From Bergeyella sp. (lineage in GTDB: Bacteria > Bacteroidota > Bacteroidia > Flavobacteriales > Weeksellaceae): 64,000 bases of DNA. Below, piece after piece: positions 50,097 through 62,214 of this stretch. Under the pieces are notes generated by a model. That model did not search any database. It saw only the letters and a list, made by a program, of their open reading frames with translations, and was not told the DNA's origin. A program made the position numbers and the translations under genes. Every line of letters starts with the position of its first letter. The first letter of the stretch is position 1. The stretch lies in NCBI GenBank assembly GCA_031987605.1, contig DALZZF010000007.1, forward strand, positions 1-64,000, in the 5' to 3' direction.

Positions 50097-50678
50097 TCAT
50101 TTATAAAAACTACTTCCGTCCAAATACTCAAAAACTTCGGGAGGCAGCATTGGGCGTACATTTTTCCCTTCTTTTATCATTTTTCGGATTTCGGTTGCGG
50201 AGAGTTCAATAATCGGAGCTTTTATCGGAATAATATTTTCATGTTCCGCGACCGGCTGTTCCAGATTGCCTTCAAACATTCTCGGGTAAACAATAATCTG
50301 ATGATTTTGGATCAGCACATCTGCATTTTTCCATTTGTGAAGGTTTTTAAGATTGTCTTCGCCCATAATCAGCGAAAACGAAACTTCCGGATATTTCTCG
50401 TGAAGATAAGTTAAAGTATCAATCGTATAACTTGGCTTTGGCAATGAAAATTCCACATTGGAAGCCCGCATTTTCGGATAGTTTTTTAAGGCAAGTTGTA
50501 CCATATCCAAACGATTATTGTCCTTCAGTAAAGATTTTTTGTCTTTAAAAGGGTTTTGCGGAGAAACCACAAACCACAATTCATCTATATCCGAATTTTC
50601 AAGAATATAATTGGCCAAAATCACATGCCCGATATGGATAGGATTGAACGAGCCAAAAAACAAACCGATTTTCTTCAT
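50097..50678 (-). CDS. nadD: Nicotinate-nucleotide adenylyltransferase
   Basis: GLFFGSFNPIHIGH (HxGH) nucleotidyltransferase motif. 193 aa. Confidence 0.85.
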   Translation of the reverse strand: MKKIGLFFGSFNPIHIGHVILANYILENSDIDELWFVVSPQNPFKDKKSLLKDNNRLDMVQLALKNYPKMRASNVEFSLPKPSYTIDTLTYLHEKYPEVSFSLIMGEDNLKNLHKWKNADVLIQNHQIIVYPRMFEGNLEQPVAEHENIIPIKAPIIELSATEIRKMIKEGKNVRPMLPPEVFEYLDGSSFYK

Positions 50679-50712
50679 ATTATTCCCTTGCTAATTTGTA
50701 TTGGAAAACTCG

Positions 50713-52431
50713 TTAAAGGAATTTTACATCCTTGATATTCAGATAATACGTTACATTCCCTTTCCAGTGGTTTTCTTCGATGGTGAAAGCGAGATCAAAT
50801 TTTTTATCCCGGAAATCCTGTGCCGATTTTCCCAGTTTGAAACCTACGCATTCAATATTTCTGCCTGTACTTTCCTGCCGGATGTAGAATTTAATATGGC
50901 TGTCGGTTTTTCCCATTGTTTTCACCACTCCGGAAACCTGCTTGTTTTTCAAAACAAGAACCGGCTTCATATTATGCGGACCAAAAGGGGCAAGTTTACG
51001 GTGAAAATTGTAGAAATCGCGGTTCAGATGGTCAATATCAATCACCGTATCAATCTGAATGCTGGGCTCTTTCTGGTGATCCTGAATATTTTCTGAAACC
51101 ACTTTTTCAAATTCAAGTTTAAAATCATTGAACTTTTCTTTTTCCATAGAAAGTCCTGCCGCAGCCTGATGTCCTCCAAATTTCAGGAACAGATGCGAAC
51201 AACGGTCTAATGCTTCATGTACATCAAAATCCGAGACCGAACGTGCAGAAGCTACAATTTCGCCATTATTTCCATCGGTAAAAACAAGCGTTGGTTTATA
51301 ATAAGTTTCCGTTAATCTTGATGCTACGATTCCGATCACACCTTTGTTCCATTCCGGATTGTAAACCACAGTTGTGAAATTATTTTCCTGTTGCGTTTCT
51401 ACAATTTGTTCAAGGGCTTCATGCGTGGAATTCATGTCGAGTTCACGGCGCTCATCGTTCAGGCTCATGATTTCTTCTACAATCGGCTGTGCTTGTTTCA
51501 GATTATCGGCAATCATTAATTCCACAGAAGCTTTTCCGTGAGAAATTCTGCCGGCAGCATTGATTTTAGGAGCAATTTCAAAAACAATATTGGTGATATC
51601 GAAATGGGATAATTTATCCTGTGGAATCAATTGGCGAAGTCCCAGTTTTCTGGTTTTCCGCAGCGTTTTAAGACCTAATTTTGCGAAAACACGGTTTTCT
51701 CCGGTCATGGCTACAATATCTGCAGCGATTGAAATAGCAAGCAAATCCGTTAAATCATAGAGTTCCGAATCGGGAATTTTATAAATTGTATTTAAACCCT
51801 GGCATAATTTAAAACCCACGCCACAACCGGAAAGTTCCTTATACGGATATCGGCAGTCTTTTCTTTTCGGATCGAGAACGGCGTATGCATCTGGAATTTC
51901 ATCGCCGGGTAAATGGTGATCGCAAATAATAAAATCAATCTGCCGTTCATTGGCATAATCAATTTTGTCAGATGCTTTAATTCCGCAATCCAGTGCGATG
52001 ATTAATGAAAAGCCGTTTTCTTTGGCAAAATCAATTCCTTCATTTGAAATTCCGTACCCTTCTGAATTTCGGTCAGGAATATAAAAATCGAGATATTTCT
52101 TTTCAACAATTTTACTGAGATAAAGATACATCAAGGCAACAGCGGTAGTTCCGTCCACATCATAATCTCCATATACCAGAATTTTTTCTCCGTTTTCAAT
52201 GGCGGTAGCAATGCGTTCCACGGCTTTCTGCATATCGGCCATTAAGAACGGACTGTGAATATCGCTGAGATTCGGCTTAAAAAACTCACGCGCTTTCTGG
52301 TAATTATCGATTCCGCGGAGTACGAGGATTTTGGATTCAAAAGTTCCAAAACCAAGTGAATAACTGAGGCCGTCTACAACTTCTTCATCGGGTTCGGGCT
52401 GAAAGATCCATTTTTGACTCATAGTGTACAA
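50713..52431 (-). CDS. recJ: Single-stranded-DNA-specific exonuclease RecJ
   Basis: DHH motifs (DYDVDGTTAVAL, DHH) and a DHHA1 domain. 572 aa. Confidence 0.9.
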   Translation of the reverse strand: MYTMSQKWIFQPEPDEEVVDGLSYSLGFGTFESKILVLRGIDNYQKAREFFKPNLSDIHSPFLMADMQKAVERIATAIENGEKILVYGDYDVDGTTAVALMYLYLSKIVEKKYLDFYIPDRNSEGYGISNEGIDFAKENGFSLIIALDCGIKASDKIDYANERQIDFIICDHHLPGDEIPDAYAVLDPKRKDCRYPYKELSGCGVGFKLCQGLNTIYKIPDSELYDLTDLLAISIAADIVAMTGENRVFAKLGLKTLRKTRKLGLRQLIPQDKLSHFDITNIVFEIAPKINAAGRISHGKASVELMIADNLKQAQPIVEEIMSLNDERRELDMNSTHEALEQIVETQQENNFTTVVYNPEWNKGVIGIVASRLTETYYKPTLVFTDGNNGEIVASARSVSDFDVHEALDRCSHLFLKFGGHQAAAGLSMEKEKFNDFKLEFEKVVSENIQDHQKEPSIQIDTVIDIDHLNRDFYNFHRKLAPFGPHNMKPVLVLKNKQVSGVVKTMGKTDSHIKFYIRQESTGRNIECVGFKLGKSAQDFRDKKFDLAFTIEENHWKGNVTYYLNIKDVKFL

Positions 52432-52477
52432 ATTTACGTTTTTAAGTCCGAAAAGGCAATCTTTTGATTCTCAAACA

Positions 52478-52512
52478 AAAAAAAGAGACTGCCAGAAAAA
52501 AGGCAGCCTCGC
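52478..52512 (-). terminator. Rho-independent terminator downstream of the ABC-F gene
   Basis: gagactgcc-agaaaaaa-ggcagcctc hairpin with an A-run on the plus strand (U-run on the minus strand). Confidence 0.45.
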
Positions 52513-52533
52513 TATTTCGGTTTTAATGAAGAA

Positions 52534-54237
<1,704 letters not shown>

Positions 54238-54303
54238 TTATTAAAATTCTGATTAAATTATATAAATAAAGTCAAATTAAAATTTCAGAAGTTTGTTCCC
54301 AAT

Positions 54304-54762
54304 ATGAAAATCGAAAAAACAGTCAATATCCTTAATAAAAGAGCCAGATTCGAATATGAACTTTTAGAAGAACTGGAAGCCGGAATTGTGCTTACCGGAA
54401 CTGAAATAAAATCTCTTCGCTCTTCAAAGGCCTCCATTACAGAAGCATTTTGCCAATTTATTGATGGTGAACTTTTCATCATCAACATGAGCATTGAAGA
54501 ATACAAATTGGGAACTTTTTACAATCACAAATCAAAAAGGGAACGAAAATTGCTACTGCACAAACGGGAATTGCAAAAATTTGAAAAAAAGTTAAAAGAT
54601 GTTGGCAATACCATAATACCAATAAAACTGTATATTAATGATAAGGGGTTAGCAAAAGTACGCATCGCCATAGGAAGAGGTAAAAAACTCTTTGACAAAA
54701 GGGAATCTATAAAAGACAGAGAAAATAAAAGAAATTTAGACCGGGTGATGAAGAAAAGTTAA
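54304..54762 (+). CDS. smpB: SsrA-binding protein
   Basis: Full-length match to SmpB (ARFEYELLEE..GIVLTGTEIKSLR...). Confidence 0.9.
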   Translation: MKIEKTVNILNKRARFEYELLEELEAGIVLTGTEIKSLRSSKASITEAFCQFIDGELFIINMSIEEYKLGTFYNHKSKRERKLLLHKRELQKFEKKLKDVGNTIIPIKLYINDKGLAKVRIAIGRGKKLFDKRESIKDRENKRNLDRVMKKS

Positions 54763-54839
54763 AAAAACCTTAAAAAACTTTGTATATAAGGAAAATTTAT
54801 ATTTATTTTGCACTATCAATTATTTAATCATTTAATTCT

Positions 54840-56306
54840 ATGAAAAATTTAAAATTAGGAATTTCGGCTTTGGCACTTACGATTGCCTCTACCGTATTCG
54901 CCCAGACTACTACTAACCCTTGGGTTATCGGAGTAGGTGCTCATGGAGTGAATCACGTAGCTGCCGGAGGTGGTTTAGACAATTTTTTTGATAACTTAAC
55001 AGGAAAACCGTTGTTTACTATTAAAAATTACACGATTACTCCTCCGTTATCAAAATTAACTGTTGCTAGAAATCTGAACAAATATCTTGTTTTGGATTGG
55101 CAAACTTCTGTAGGAAACGTTGACAACAAAAGAATCGGAATGGATAAGGAATTCTTCCTTATGACCGGTCTTGGACTTCAGTTCAAATTCAACGGATTCT
55201 GGAATGAAGAATCTTGGTTTGATCCGTATGCAAGAGTGGGAGCCAACTACCTGAGACATGATTATACAGGTGTTACCTTCCCTCTTATTGCAACTGACGG
55301 GACATATTATGAAGGATATTCAGACCATGAAGCAGGTACACAGAGAAAAGCAGATCACTTTGCGACTAACTTTGGTCTTGGATCAAACTTCTGGTTGACT
55401 AAAAACTTTGGTATTGGTATCCAAGGAGATTACGTAGCAACTCCGGTTGATAAATCTGATGTTGCAAACTTCTGGCAGGCTTCCGCTTCCCTATTGTTCA
55501 GATTCGGAAATACCGACAGAGATAAAGACGGTATCCCTGATAAAGAAGATGCTTGTCCTGATGAACCAGGTTTACCTGAATTCCAAGGATGTCCTGATAC
55601 TGACGGAGATGGTATTCCAGATAAAGACGATCAATGTCCAGATGTAGCCGGACCAGTTGAAAACAACGGTTGTCCTTGGCCAGATACTGACGGAGACGGA
55701 GTTCTTGATAAAGACGATCAATGTCCAGATGTAGCCGGACCAGTTGAAAACAATGGTTGCCCTTGGCCAGACAGAGATGGAGACGGAGTTCTTGACAAAG
55801 ATGATAAATGTCCAGATGTACCAGGTCTTAGAGAATACGACGGATGTCCTAAACCAGATTCAGCTTGGGCTGATGAAGCAACAGGTGCATTGAAAGGTAT
55901 CTTGTTCGACTTCAACAAAGCAACAATTACAAAAGCTGAATCAGTAGCAAAACTTGATCAGGCTGCTTCAATCATCAAAGGATCAACTGGTAAATTCTTA
56001 GTAACTGGTTATACTGATGCTAAAGGAGCTGCAGCATACAACCTTAAACTTTCTAGAGAAAGAGCTGCTTCTGTAGTGAAAGCACTTGAAGCAAGAGGAG
56101 TAAGCGCAGATCAATTGAAATCTAAAGGTGTTGGTGCAACTGAAGCAACAGTTCCAGCAAGCGCAACCGATGCTGAAAGACAAGTTGACAGAAAAGTAGT
56201 TGTAACTGCTGTTGATGCTGCTGCTTGGAATTCATTAGATAAATCTGATCTTCCAGTAGTACAGAAAAAAGTAGTGAAAAAGAAAACAGTTAAAAAAAGA
56301 AAGTAA
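54840..56306 (+). CDS. OmpA family outer-membrane protein with thrombospondin type-3 repeats
   Basis: Signal peptide, N-terminal beta-barrel, repeated DTDGDGxxDKDDxCPD TSP3 motifs and a C-terminal OmpA peptidoglycan-binding domain. Confidence 0.85.
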   Translation: MKNLKLGISALALTIASTVFAQTTTNPWVIGVGAHGVNHVAAGGGLDNFFDNLTGKPLFTIKNYTITPPLSKLTVARNLNKYLVLDWQTSVGNVDNKRIGMDKEFFLMTGLGLQFKFNGFWNEESWFDPYARVGANYLRHDYTGVTFPLIATDGTYYEGYSDHEAGTQRKADHFATNFGLGSNFWLTKNFGIGIQGDYVATPVDKSDVANFWQASASLLFRFGNTDRDKDGIPDKEDACPDEPGLPEFQGCPDTDGDGIPDKDDQCPDVAGPVENNGCPWPDTDGDGVLDKDDQCPDVAGPVENNGCPWPDRDGDGVLDKDDKCPDVPGLREYDGCPKPDSAWADEATGALKGILFDFNKATITKAESVAKLDQAASIIKGSTGKFLVTGYTDAKGAAAYNLKLSRERAASVVKALEARGVSADQLKSKGVGATEATVPASATDAERQVDRKVVVTAVDAAAWNSLDKSDLPVVQKKVVKKKTVKKRK

Positions 56307-56324
56307 CTAATTTCTGAATATATA

Positions 56325-56353
56325 AAACGTCCTCAATAGAGGGCGTTTTTTTA
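56325..56353 (+). terminator. Rho-independent terminator
   Basis: aacgtcctc-aata-gagggcgtt hairpin followed by TTTTTTT. Confidence 0.6.
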
Positions 56354-56399
56354 TTACTACAAATTCACTATTTTTGCATACCTAAAAAAACAAAAATTT

Positions 56400-57140
56400 A
56401 TGGGAAGAGCATTTGAATATAGAAAAGCCACCAAAATGGCGCGTTGGGACAAAATGGCCAAAACATTTTCCCGGATTGGAAAAGATATTGCGATTGCAGT
56501 AAAAGCGGGAGGTCCTGATCCGGAATCAAATCCTGCGTTGAGAAGATGCATCCAAAATGCCAAAGGCGCCAATATGCCAAAAGATAATGTAGAACGCGCA
56601 ATCAAAAAAGCCTCAGGTGCAGATGCTGAACACTATGATGAAGTCACCTATGAAGGATACGGACAAGGCGGAGTAGCATTCTTTATCGATTGTACCACCA
56701 ATAATCCTACGAGAACCGTGGCAAACGTTCGCGCCATTTTCAATAAATTCGACGGGAATCTCGGGAAAAACGGAGAGCTTGCGTTTATATTTGACAGAAA
56801 AGGAATTTTCAATATCGATAAAGCCCACATTAAACTGAATTGGGACGATTTCGAAATGGAAATGATTGATGCCGGAGCAGAAGAAATTGATGCCGATGAT
56901 GAAGAGGTAATGATTACTACCGCGTTTGAAGACTTCGGATCTCTATCACACAAACTGGAAGCTTTAGGAATTGAAGTGAAAAGTGCCGAACTTCAGCGCA
57001 TCCCGAATATGACGAAGGAAGTTTCCGAAGAGCAATTCAAAATCAATATGAAAATGCTGGAACGTTTTGAAGAGGATGATGATGTGCAAAACGTGTATCA
57101 CAACATGGAAATCACCGATGAGTTGATGAACTCATTATAA
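56400..57140 (+). CDS. YebC/PmpR family DNA-binding regulator
   Basis: Full-length match to YebC (MGRAFEYRKATKMARWDKMAKTFSR...). Confidence 0.9.
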   Translation: MGRAFEYRKATKMARWDKMAKTFSRIGKDIAIAVKAGGPDPESNPALRRCIQNAKGANMPKDNVERAIKKASGADAEHYDEVTYEGYGQGGVAFFIDCTTNNPTRTVANVRAIFNKFDGNLGKNGELAFIFDRKGIFNIDKAHIKLNWDDFEMEMIDAGAEEIDADDEEVMITTAFEDFGSLSHKLEALGIEVKSAELQRIPNMTKEVSEEQFKINMKMLERFEEDDDVQNVYHNMEITDELMNSL

Positions 57141-57153
57141 AACTAAAAAAAAT

Positions 57154-57184
57154 GAAGCAAGGAAATCCTGCTTCGTTTTTTTTA
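57154..57184. terminator. Bidirectional terminator
   Basis: gaagcaagg-aaat-cctgcttc hairpin with A-run before and T-run after. Lies between convergent genes. Confidence 0.55.
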
Positions 57185-57469
57185 TTTATGAAACACATCT
57201 TCAATATCCTCCATCCTATTCATCACCGCTCTGGAATAGGAACAATGTGGATATACTTTCCAGTTGTTTTCGCGTGCATAACGTAAGGCTTCTTCCACCA
57301 GCAATTTCCCCATTCCGTGTCCTTCATATTTGGGCTGAACCAGCACGAAAGAAATAATCAGTTTTTGTTCTTCCGGAAAAATCGTATACGTAAGTCTTCC
57401 CACTTCTTCAATTTCATTATCCAATGTTAAAACACCTCCATTACCGGATTTATGATTATTAAATTTCAT
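57182..57469 (-). CDS. Small GNAT-fold N-acetyltransferase
   Basis: 95 aa with a GNAT core motif (QPKYEGHGMGKLLVEEA). Confidence 0.55.
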   Translation of the reverse strand: MKFNNHKSGNGGVLTLDNEIEEVGRLTYTIFPEEQKLIISFVLVQPKYEGHGMGKLLVEEALRYARENNWKVYPHCSYSRAVMNRMEDIEDVFHK

Positions 57470-57498
57470 TACAAATTTTTATTAAAGGTACGAAAATT

Positions 57499-58251
57499 CT
57501 AATAATCCCTCCCCGTATAGAAGTTATAATCCTTGATTACCGTTGAAAGAAACTGTCGTTCTGTAAGTTGGCTTCGGTCGTAATCAATCTTCAGAATTTC
57601 TTTGATCCTTTCCGTCAGTTTGGAGATAATAATCCGGTCATCAGTGCGGACTGCCTTCTGGAAATTTTCTTTAATAATTCTCATATCATTATCCGAAAGC
57701 GCAATTACCTGTGGAAAAGTCGGTCTATAATCTTCAGACAATTCTTCCAAAATCGTATTGGAAATATTTACATTATTCTTTAGTGTAATGACTGCGGTTC
57801 CGGCTGCAATATCTCCCAAACGCTGATTATTCTTTGAAACAATACAGGTAATGACTGCCGGAATTCCAAAAAACATCCAGATTTCAACCATACGAAAAAT
57901 CCAGCGCATAAGATAATCTCCAAAACCAGCCTGAAAACCATCGATTTTCACGACTTTAATTTTCATCACTTTTTTTCCGAAGGACTGACCTTCCATTAAA
58001 CTTTCGCAGGCAAGAGCATAAAAGGTAACGGGCAAAAAAATCATAATCATGATGGCTCTTCCCGACCAATTATCCAGTTCACCGAGGAAAGAATCAATAT
58101 TCAAAAGTTTGGAGAGTATAAAAGTAACCGACATTACATAAGCCACAATAACCGCCATATCCAGGAAAAAAGCCACAATCCTCTCTCCTATGCTTGCAAG
58201 TGTAAATGTGATATTTACATTTTGTGAAGTCGTGATATCAATTTGCGACAT
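57499..58251 (-). CDS. RDD family membrane protein
   Basis: RDD-domain TM topology with a conserved R..GD pattern. Start moved to MSQIDITT. Confidence 0.6.
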   Translation of the reverse strand: MSQIDITTSQNVNITFTLASIGERIVAFFLDMAVIVAYVMSVTFILSKLLNIDSFLGELDNWSGRAIMIMIFLPVTFYALACESLMEGQSFGKKVMKIKVVKIDGFQAGFGDYLMRWIFRMVEIWMFFGIPAVITCIVSKNNQRLGDIAAGTAVITLKNNVNISNTILEELSEDYRPTFPQVIALSDNDMRIIKENFQKAVRTDDRIIISKLTERIKEILKIDYDRSQLTERQFLSTVIKDYNFYTGRDY

Positions 58252-58275
58252 AAAATTTACTATTTTAGCATTGAG

Positions 58276-59241
58276 ATGAGAGAAGTTGCATTTATCAAGC
58301 AAAATAAAGAAAAATGGTTGGGAATTGAGCAGGTGATCAACGGAAAAATTAAAAAAAATCCGGATGATCTTTCGTCCATTTACATCAATCTGATTAATGA
58401 TTTGTCCTTTGCACAAACCTATTACCCGAAAAGTAAAACCACGGTTTACCTCAATTATCTTTCATCAAGAATTTTTCAGCGCATTTACAAAACCAAACGT
58501 GCCGAAAAAAACAGGCTTTTCTATTTCTTCACCACCGAAGTTCCGCTTTTGGTGTATCAGTATAGAAGATATCTTTTTTATGCTTTTGGTTTTTTCATCC
58601 TTTTCACCCTAATCGGAATTATTTCTTCCTATTATGATAAAGAGTTTGTCAACATAATTCTGGGAGAAGATTATGTGAATATGACCATTGAAAACATTAA
58701 AAAAGGAAATCCGACTGGTGTTTACGATTCCGGTTCAACGTGGGGAACTTCGATTGCGATTATTTACAACAACCTGAAAGTGGGAGCGACTTTATTTATT
58801 CTGGGAATTTTTGCCGGTGTGGGAACTTTATATGCGCTTATGAATAACAGCATTATGCTCGGCTCTTTCCAATATTTTTTTGCTGAATACGGAGTGTTGA
58901 AAGATTCTGCAAAAGGAATCTGGCTCCACGGAACTTTTGAAATTTTCAGTATGGTAGTGGAAGCCATGGCAGGATTAATTTTGGGTGCATCTATCCTGTT
59001 TCCGAAAACGTATTCTCGGTTCAATTCCTTTAAAATCGGTTTTAAAGATGCTTTCAAAATTTTCCTCAGCACCGTTCCTTTTACCATTGTTGCAGGAATT
59101 ATCGAAGGTTATGTTACGCGACATGCGCAAACGATGCCTTTTTTCATGAATCTTATCATCATTATCGGGAGCTTTGTTTTTATCAGTTATTATTATTTTG
59201 TGTACCCGTATATCGTCCATAAAAAAACACATTTGAAATGA
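58276..59241 (+). CDS. Stage II sporulation protein M-like (DUF95) membrane protein
   Basis: MREVAFIKQNKEKW N-terminus and multi-TM body typical of the SpoIIM/DUF95 family. Divergent from the RDD gene. Confidence 0.6.
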   Translation: MREVAFIKQNKEKWLGIEQVINGKIKKNPDDLSSIYINLINDLSFAQTYYPKSKTTVYLNYLSSRIFQRIYKTKRAEKNRLFYFFTTEVPLLVYQYRRYLFYAFGFFILFTLIGIISSYYDKEFVNIILGEDYVNMTIENIKKGNPTGVYDSGSTWGTSIAIIYNNLKVGATLFILGIFAGVGTLYALMNNSIMLGSFQYFFAEYGVLKDSAKGIWLHGTFEIFSMVVEAMAGLILGASILFPKTYSRFNSFKIGFKDAFKIFLSTVPFTIVAGIIEGYVTRHAQTMPFFMNLIIIIGSFVFISYYYFVYPYIVHKKTHLK

Positions 59242-60215
59242 ATCTCATGCAGTTTTACAAACTAAGAACATTCGGAGAATTGGTGAACGACAGTTACCGG
59301 TTTTTCAAACTTTACGGAAAAAATTATTTCAAAAACTATTTTCTGATTACCGGATTGCTGTTGATTTTGCTTGTTGTACTCGCCGTATTCGGGTATCGTG
59401 AACTTTTCATGCAGCTTTTCGGCAGTAACCTCGGCGGCGAAAGTTATTATTTTGAAGAATTTTTTGAAGACAATATTGGACTGTTGATTTTGCTGGTTGT
59501 TCTTCTGTTCATGTTAGGACTCGGAATCACGGTTGTTGCCTATTCTTTCCCGATTTTTTACATGAAAAGACTTTCCGAAACAGGCAATCCCAACATTACT
59601 TCCGACCAGATTCTGGGTGATATGAAATCCAATGCAGGACGGATTGCCAAACTCTTTCTCGGTTTAATTTTTATTGTAACTCCGGCTTTTCTGATGGTTA
59701 TGAGCATCAGTTATGTATTGATTCTCATCGTTATCGGATTTTTTATTCTGATGCTTTTGGTTCCCGCTGCCATGAATACCGTAAACTTTTTGATGTACGA
59801 TTATCTCAGTACAAAACACCGTTTTTTTGAATCATTAAGTTATGCGGTTCGGGCACAGTTCACTTACGAAAAGGCGAATCAGCCCTCACCTTTCTGGAAA
59901 TACTGGGGAACAACCGCCATCGTTTACCTCATCAATTATGTGGTGACGATGATTTTTGCATTTGTTCCGATGATGATCCTGTACTTCACGATGTTTACCG
60001 TTCCTTCCGCTGCGGAATCGTATCAGCAAAATCCGTTTCAGGGAACTCTGGGAGTCGTATTTTTTATTGTTTACGGCGTTTCCATGCTGGTTTCTTTTGT
60101 TTTGATGAATGTGCTGATGATTGCTTCAGGATTGATGTACTACGACAACCGGACCGATCTGCACCAGAAAATGGATATTCTGGAAATTGATACCATTGGA
60201 ATTCATGAAGGGTAA
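59238..60215 (+). CDS. Hypothetical polytopic membrane protein
   Basis: 325 aa with 5-6 TM helices. ATGA overlap with the upstream gene. Confidence 0.5.
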   Translation: MNLMQFYKLRTFGELVNDSYRFFKLYGKNYFKNYFLITGLLLILLVVLAVFGYRELFMQLFGSNLGGESYYFEEFFEDNIGLLILLVVLLFMLGLGITVVAYSFPIFYMKRLSETGNPNITSDQILGDMKSNAGRIAKLFLGLIFIVTPAFLMVMSISYVLILIVIGFFILMLLVPAAMNTVNFLMYDYLSTKHRFFESLSYAVRAQFTYEKANQPSPFWKYWGTTAIVYLINYVVTMIFAFVPMMILYFTMFTVPSAAESYQQNPFQGTLGVVFFIVYGVSMLVSFVLMNVLMIASGLMYYDNRTDLHQKMDILEIDTIGIHEG

Positions 60216-60993
60216 ATTTCTATTTTTCATACTAATGCTTGCATTCCAGCCAATTTCGGCACAGGAAGAGGAATTTCCGCCGGTAATTGTAGATACGGTC
60301 TGGAATCAAAATAATGATGAACATCTGTTACCGCTGGATTCTATTCTGAAACACGATATTGAAACCCGAAATACCCATTACCCGAAAAAAATAGATCCCA
60401 AATTCAGGGAAAAATATCAGGGTGATGATTTTAATTATACCACCGTTAAACCAAAAGAATCGCTTTTTGCAAAAATTTATCGTCAGATTCAGAAGATATT
60501 GGAATCCATTTTTGGTGAAATGGATCCGTTGAAAGCCGACAGAATTACCTCAACCATTTTCAGAATCCTTGCTATTTTGCTGGGAGCCACAGTTCTTTAT
60601 TTTCTGATTCGATTTCTCATGTCGAAAGACGGCAATTTCTTTTTTGGAAAGAAAAATAAAAAGCTCAACATCCAAAGTGGTGATTTGCACGAAAACATTC
60701 ACGAAATCAACTTCCCGTCAAGCATTTTGGAGTTCGAACGGAATAAAGATTACCGCTCTGCAATCCGCTACCATTTTCTCTACCTTCTGAAAAAACTTTC
60801 GGATAAAAAGCTCATCCAATGGAATCCCGAAAAAACCAACCGCGATTATTCGCATGAGTTGAAAGATTCCAGACTAAAAGCGCAGTACGAAAAACTGGCT
60901 TATATTTTTGATAATGTATGGTATGGTGAATTTAAAGTGAACGAAACGGAATATCATCATTTCGCCGATCAGTTTCAAAAATCAGGATTTTAA
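60205..60993 (+). CDS. DUF4129 domain protein
   Basis: Signal peptide. The C-terminal DYRSAIRYHFLYLL...NRDY region is typical of DUF4129. 11-nt overlap with the upstream gene. Confidence 0.55.
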   Translation: MKGKFLFFILMLAFQPISAQEEEFPPVIVDTVWNQNNDEHLLPLDSILKHDIETRNTHYPKKIDPKFREKYQGDDFNYTTVKPKESLFAKIYRQIQKILESIFGEMDPLKADRITSTIFRILAILLGATVLYFLIRFLMSKDGNFFFGKKNKKLNIQSGDLHENIHEINFPSSILEFERNKDYRSAIRYHFLYLLKKLSDKKLIQWNPEKTNRDYSHELKDSRLKAQYEKLAYIFDNVWYGEFKVNETEYHHFADQFQKSGF

Positions 60994-61002
60994 CGAAAAC
61001 GT

Positions 61003-62166
61003 ATGAACAGAACCTTACAATTATACCTGATTATTTTCGTCGTGATAATGGCGCTTTTGGCTGTTCTGCAGTTTTCAAAAACACAACGGACGGATTGGCG
61101 AAAAAATTTCGATCCTAACGAAAAATCGCCTTTCGGACTTTTTATTTTCGCTCAGGAAGCGCCCAAACTTTTAAGCCCTCAGCTTCGTAAAATTGACCGC
61201 TCTCCGTATGAATATTTCAGTGATAAAAAGAATTCTGCCACACGAAACATTCTTATGATCGAGAAAGTTCCGGATCCGGAATCAGCCGCAAAAATCTTGA
61301 ATGAAGTAAAAAAAGGTTCCGATTTTATGCTTATTTCCACTCAGATTTACGGATCAATTATTGACTCTCTGGAAATCGGACAAGTGCAATCTGTTAATTT
61401 TGAAGAAGAAAATACCTTAAAACTCACCGATGTTACATTTCAAAATGATTCCTTAAATCTTACCAAATTTCCGGGAAGAAATGGTTTCAAAATGATCGGG
61501 AAAGACGTTCAGATTCTCGGAACCACCAACTGGAAAAACAAATCTTTCGGGACCAACTTTATAAAAATAAAATATGGAAAAGGCAATTTATATTTTCACA
61601 CCGAACCACTTTTCCTCACCAATTATTACCTTTTAAAAAGCGGAAACGAAAAGTATGCGGAAGATGTTTTTTCCTATCTTCCGGAAAGACAGACTATTTG
61701 GTTCAAAGACGGCAATACCATCCAATCCGGGAATATTCTTCGTTTTGTTTTTGCCAATCCTCCTTTAAAATATGCTTGGTGGACGCTGATTGCCGGAATC
61801 TTGCTATTCATTTTTTTCAATGCAAAACGGAAACAGCGCATCATTCCCATTATTGAACCTTTAAAAAACAAATCTTTAGAATTTGTAAAAAGCATCGGAA
61901 ACCTATATCTTCAGGAAGGTGATTTTCACGATATGATGGCGAAAAAAGCACAATATTTCCTGTATAAAGTGCGGCTGGATTTTTTGATTGACACCCAAAA
62001 TCCCGATGAAGAATTTGCCAAAAAATTACAACTGAAAACCGGAAAAGATATTGCCAAAATCAATGAAGCCATCAGTTTAATCAAAAAAGGAACAGATCCT
62101 TATGCCAATGTAACCAAAGAAGATCTGGTGCGGATGAATTTCCTGCTCGATGATCTTTTAAAATAA
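61003..62166 (+). CDS. DUF4350 domain protein
   Basis: N-terminal TM helix followed by a DUF4350-like periplasmic domain. Positioned directly before moxR. Confidence 0.55.
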   Translation: MNRTLQLYLIIFVVIMALLAVLQFSKTQRTDWRKNFDPNEKSPFGLFIFAQEAPKLLSPQLRKIDRSPYEYFSDKKNSATRNILMIEKVPDPESAAKILNEVKKGSDFMLISTQIYGSIIDSLEIGQVQSVNFEEENTLKLTDVTFQNDSLNLTKFPGRNGFKMIGKDVQILGTTNWKNKSFGTNFIKIKYGKGNLYFHTEPLFLTNYYLLKSGNEKYAEDVFSYLPERQTIWFKDGNTIQSGNILRFVFANPPLKYAWWTLIAGILLFIFFNAKRKQRIIPIIEPLKNKSLEFVKSIGNLYLQEGDFHDMMAKKAQYFLYKVRLDFLIDTQNPDEEFAKKLQLKTGKDIAKINEAISLIKKGTDPYANVTKEDLVRMNFLLDDLLK

Positions 62167-62214
62167 CGAAGAGAATGTTTAAATTTAAAACTGATTTCAG
62201 AAAAAAAATAGTGT

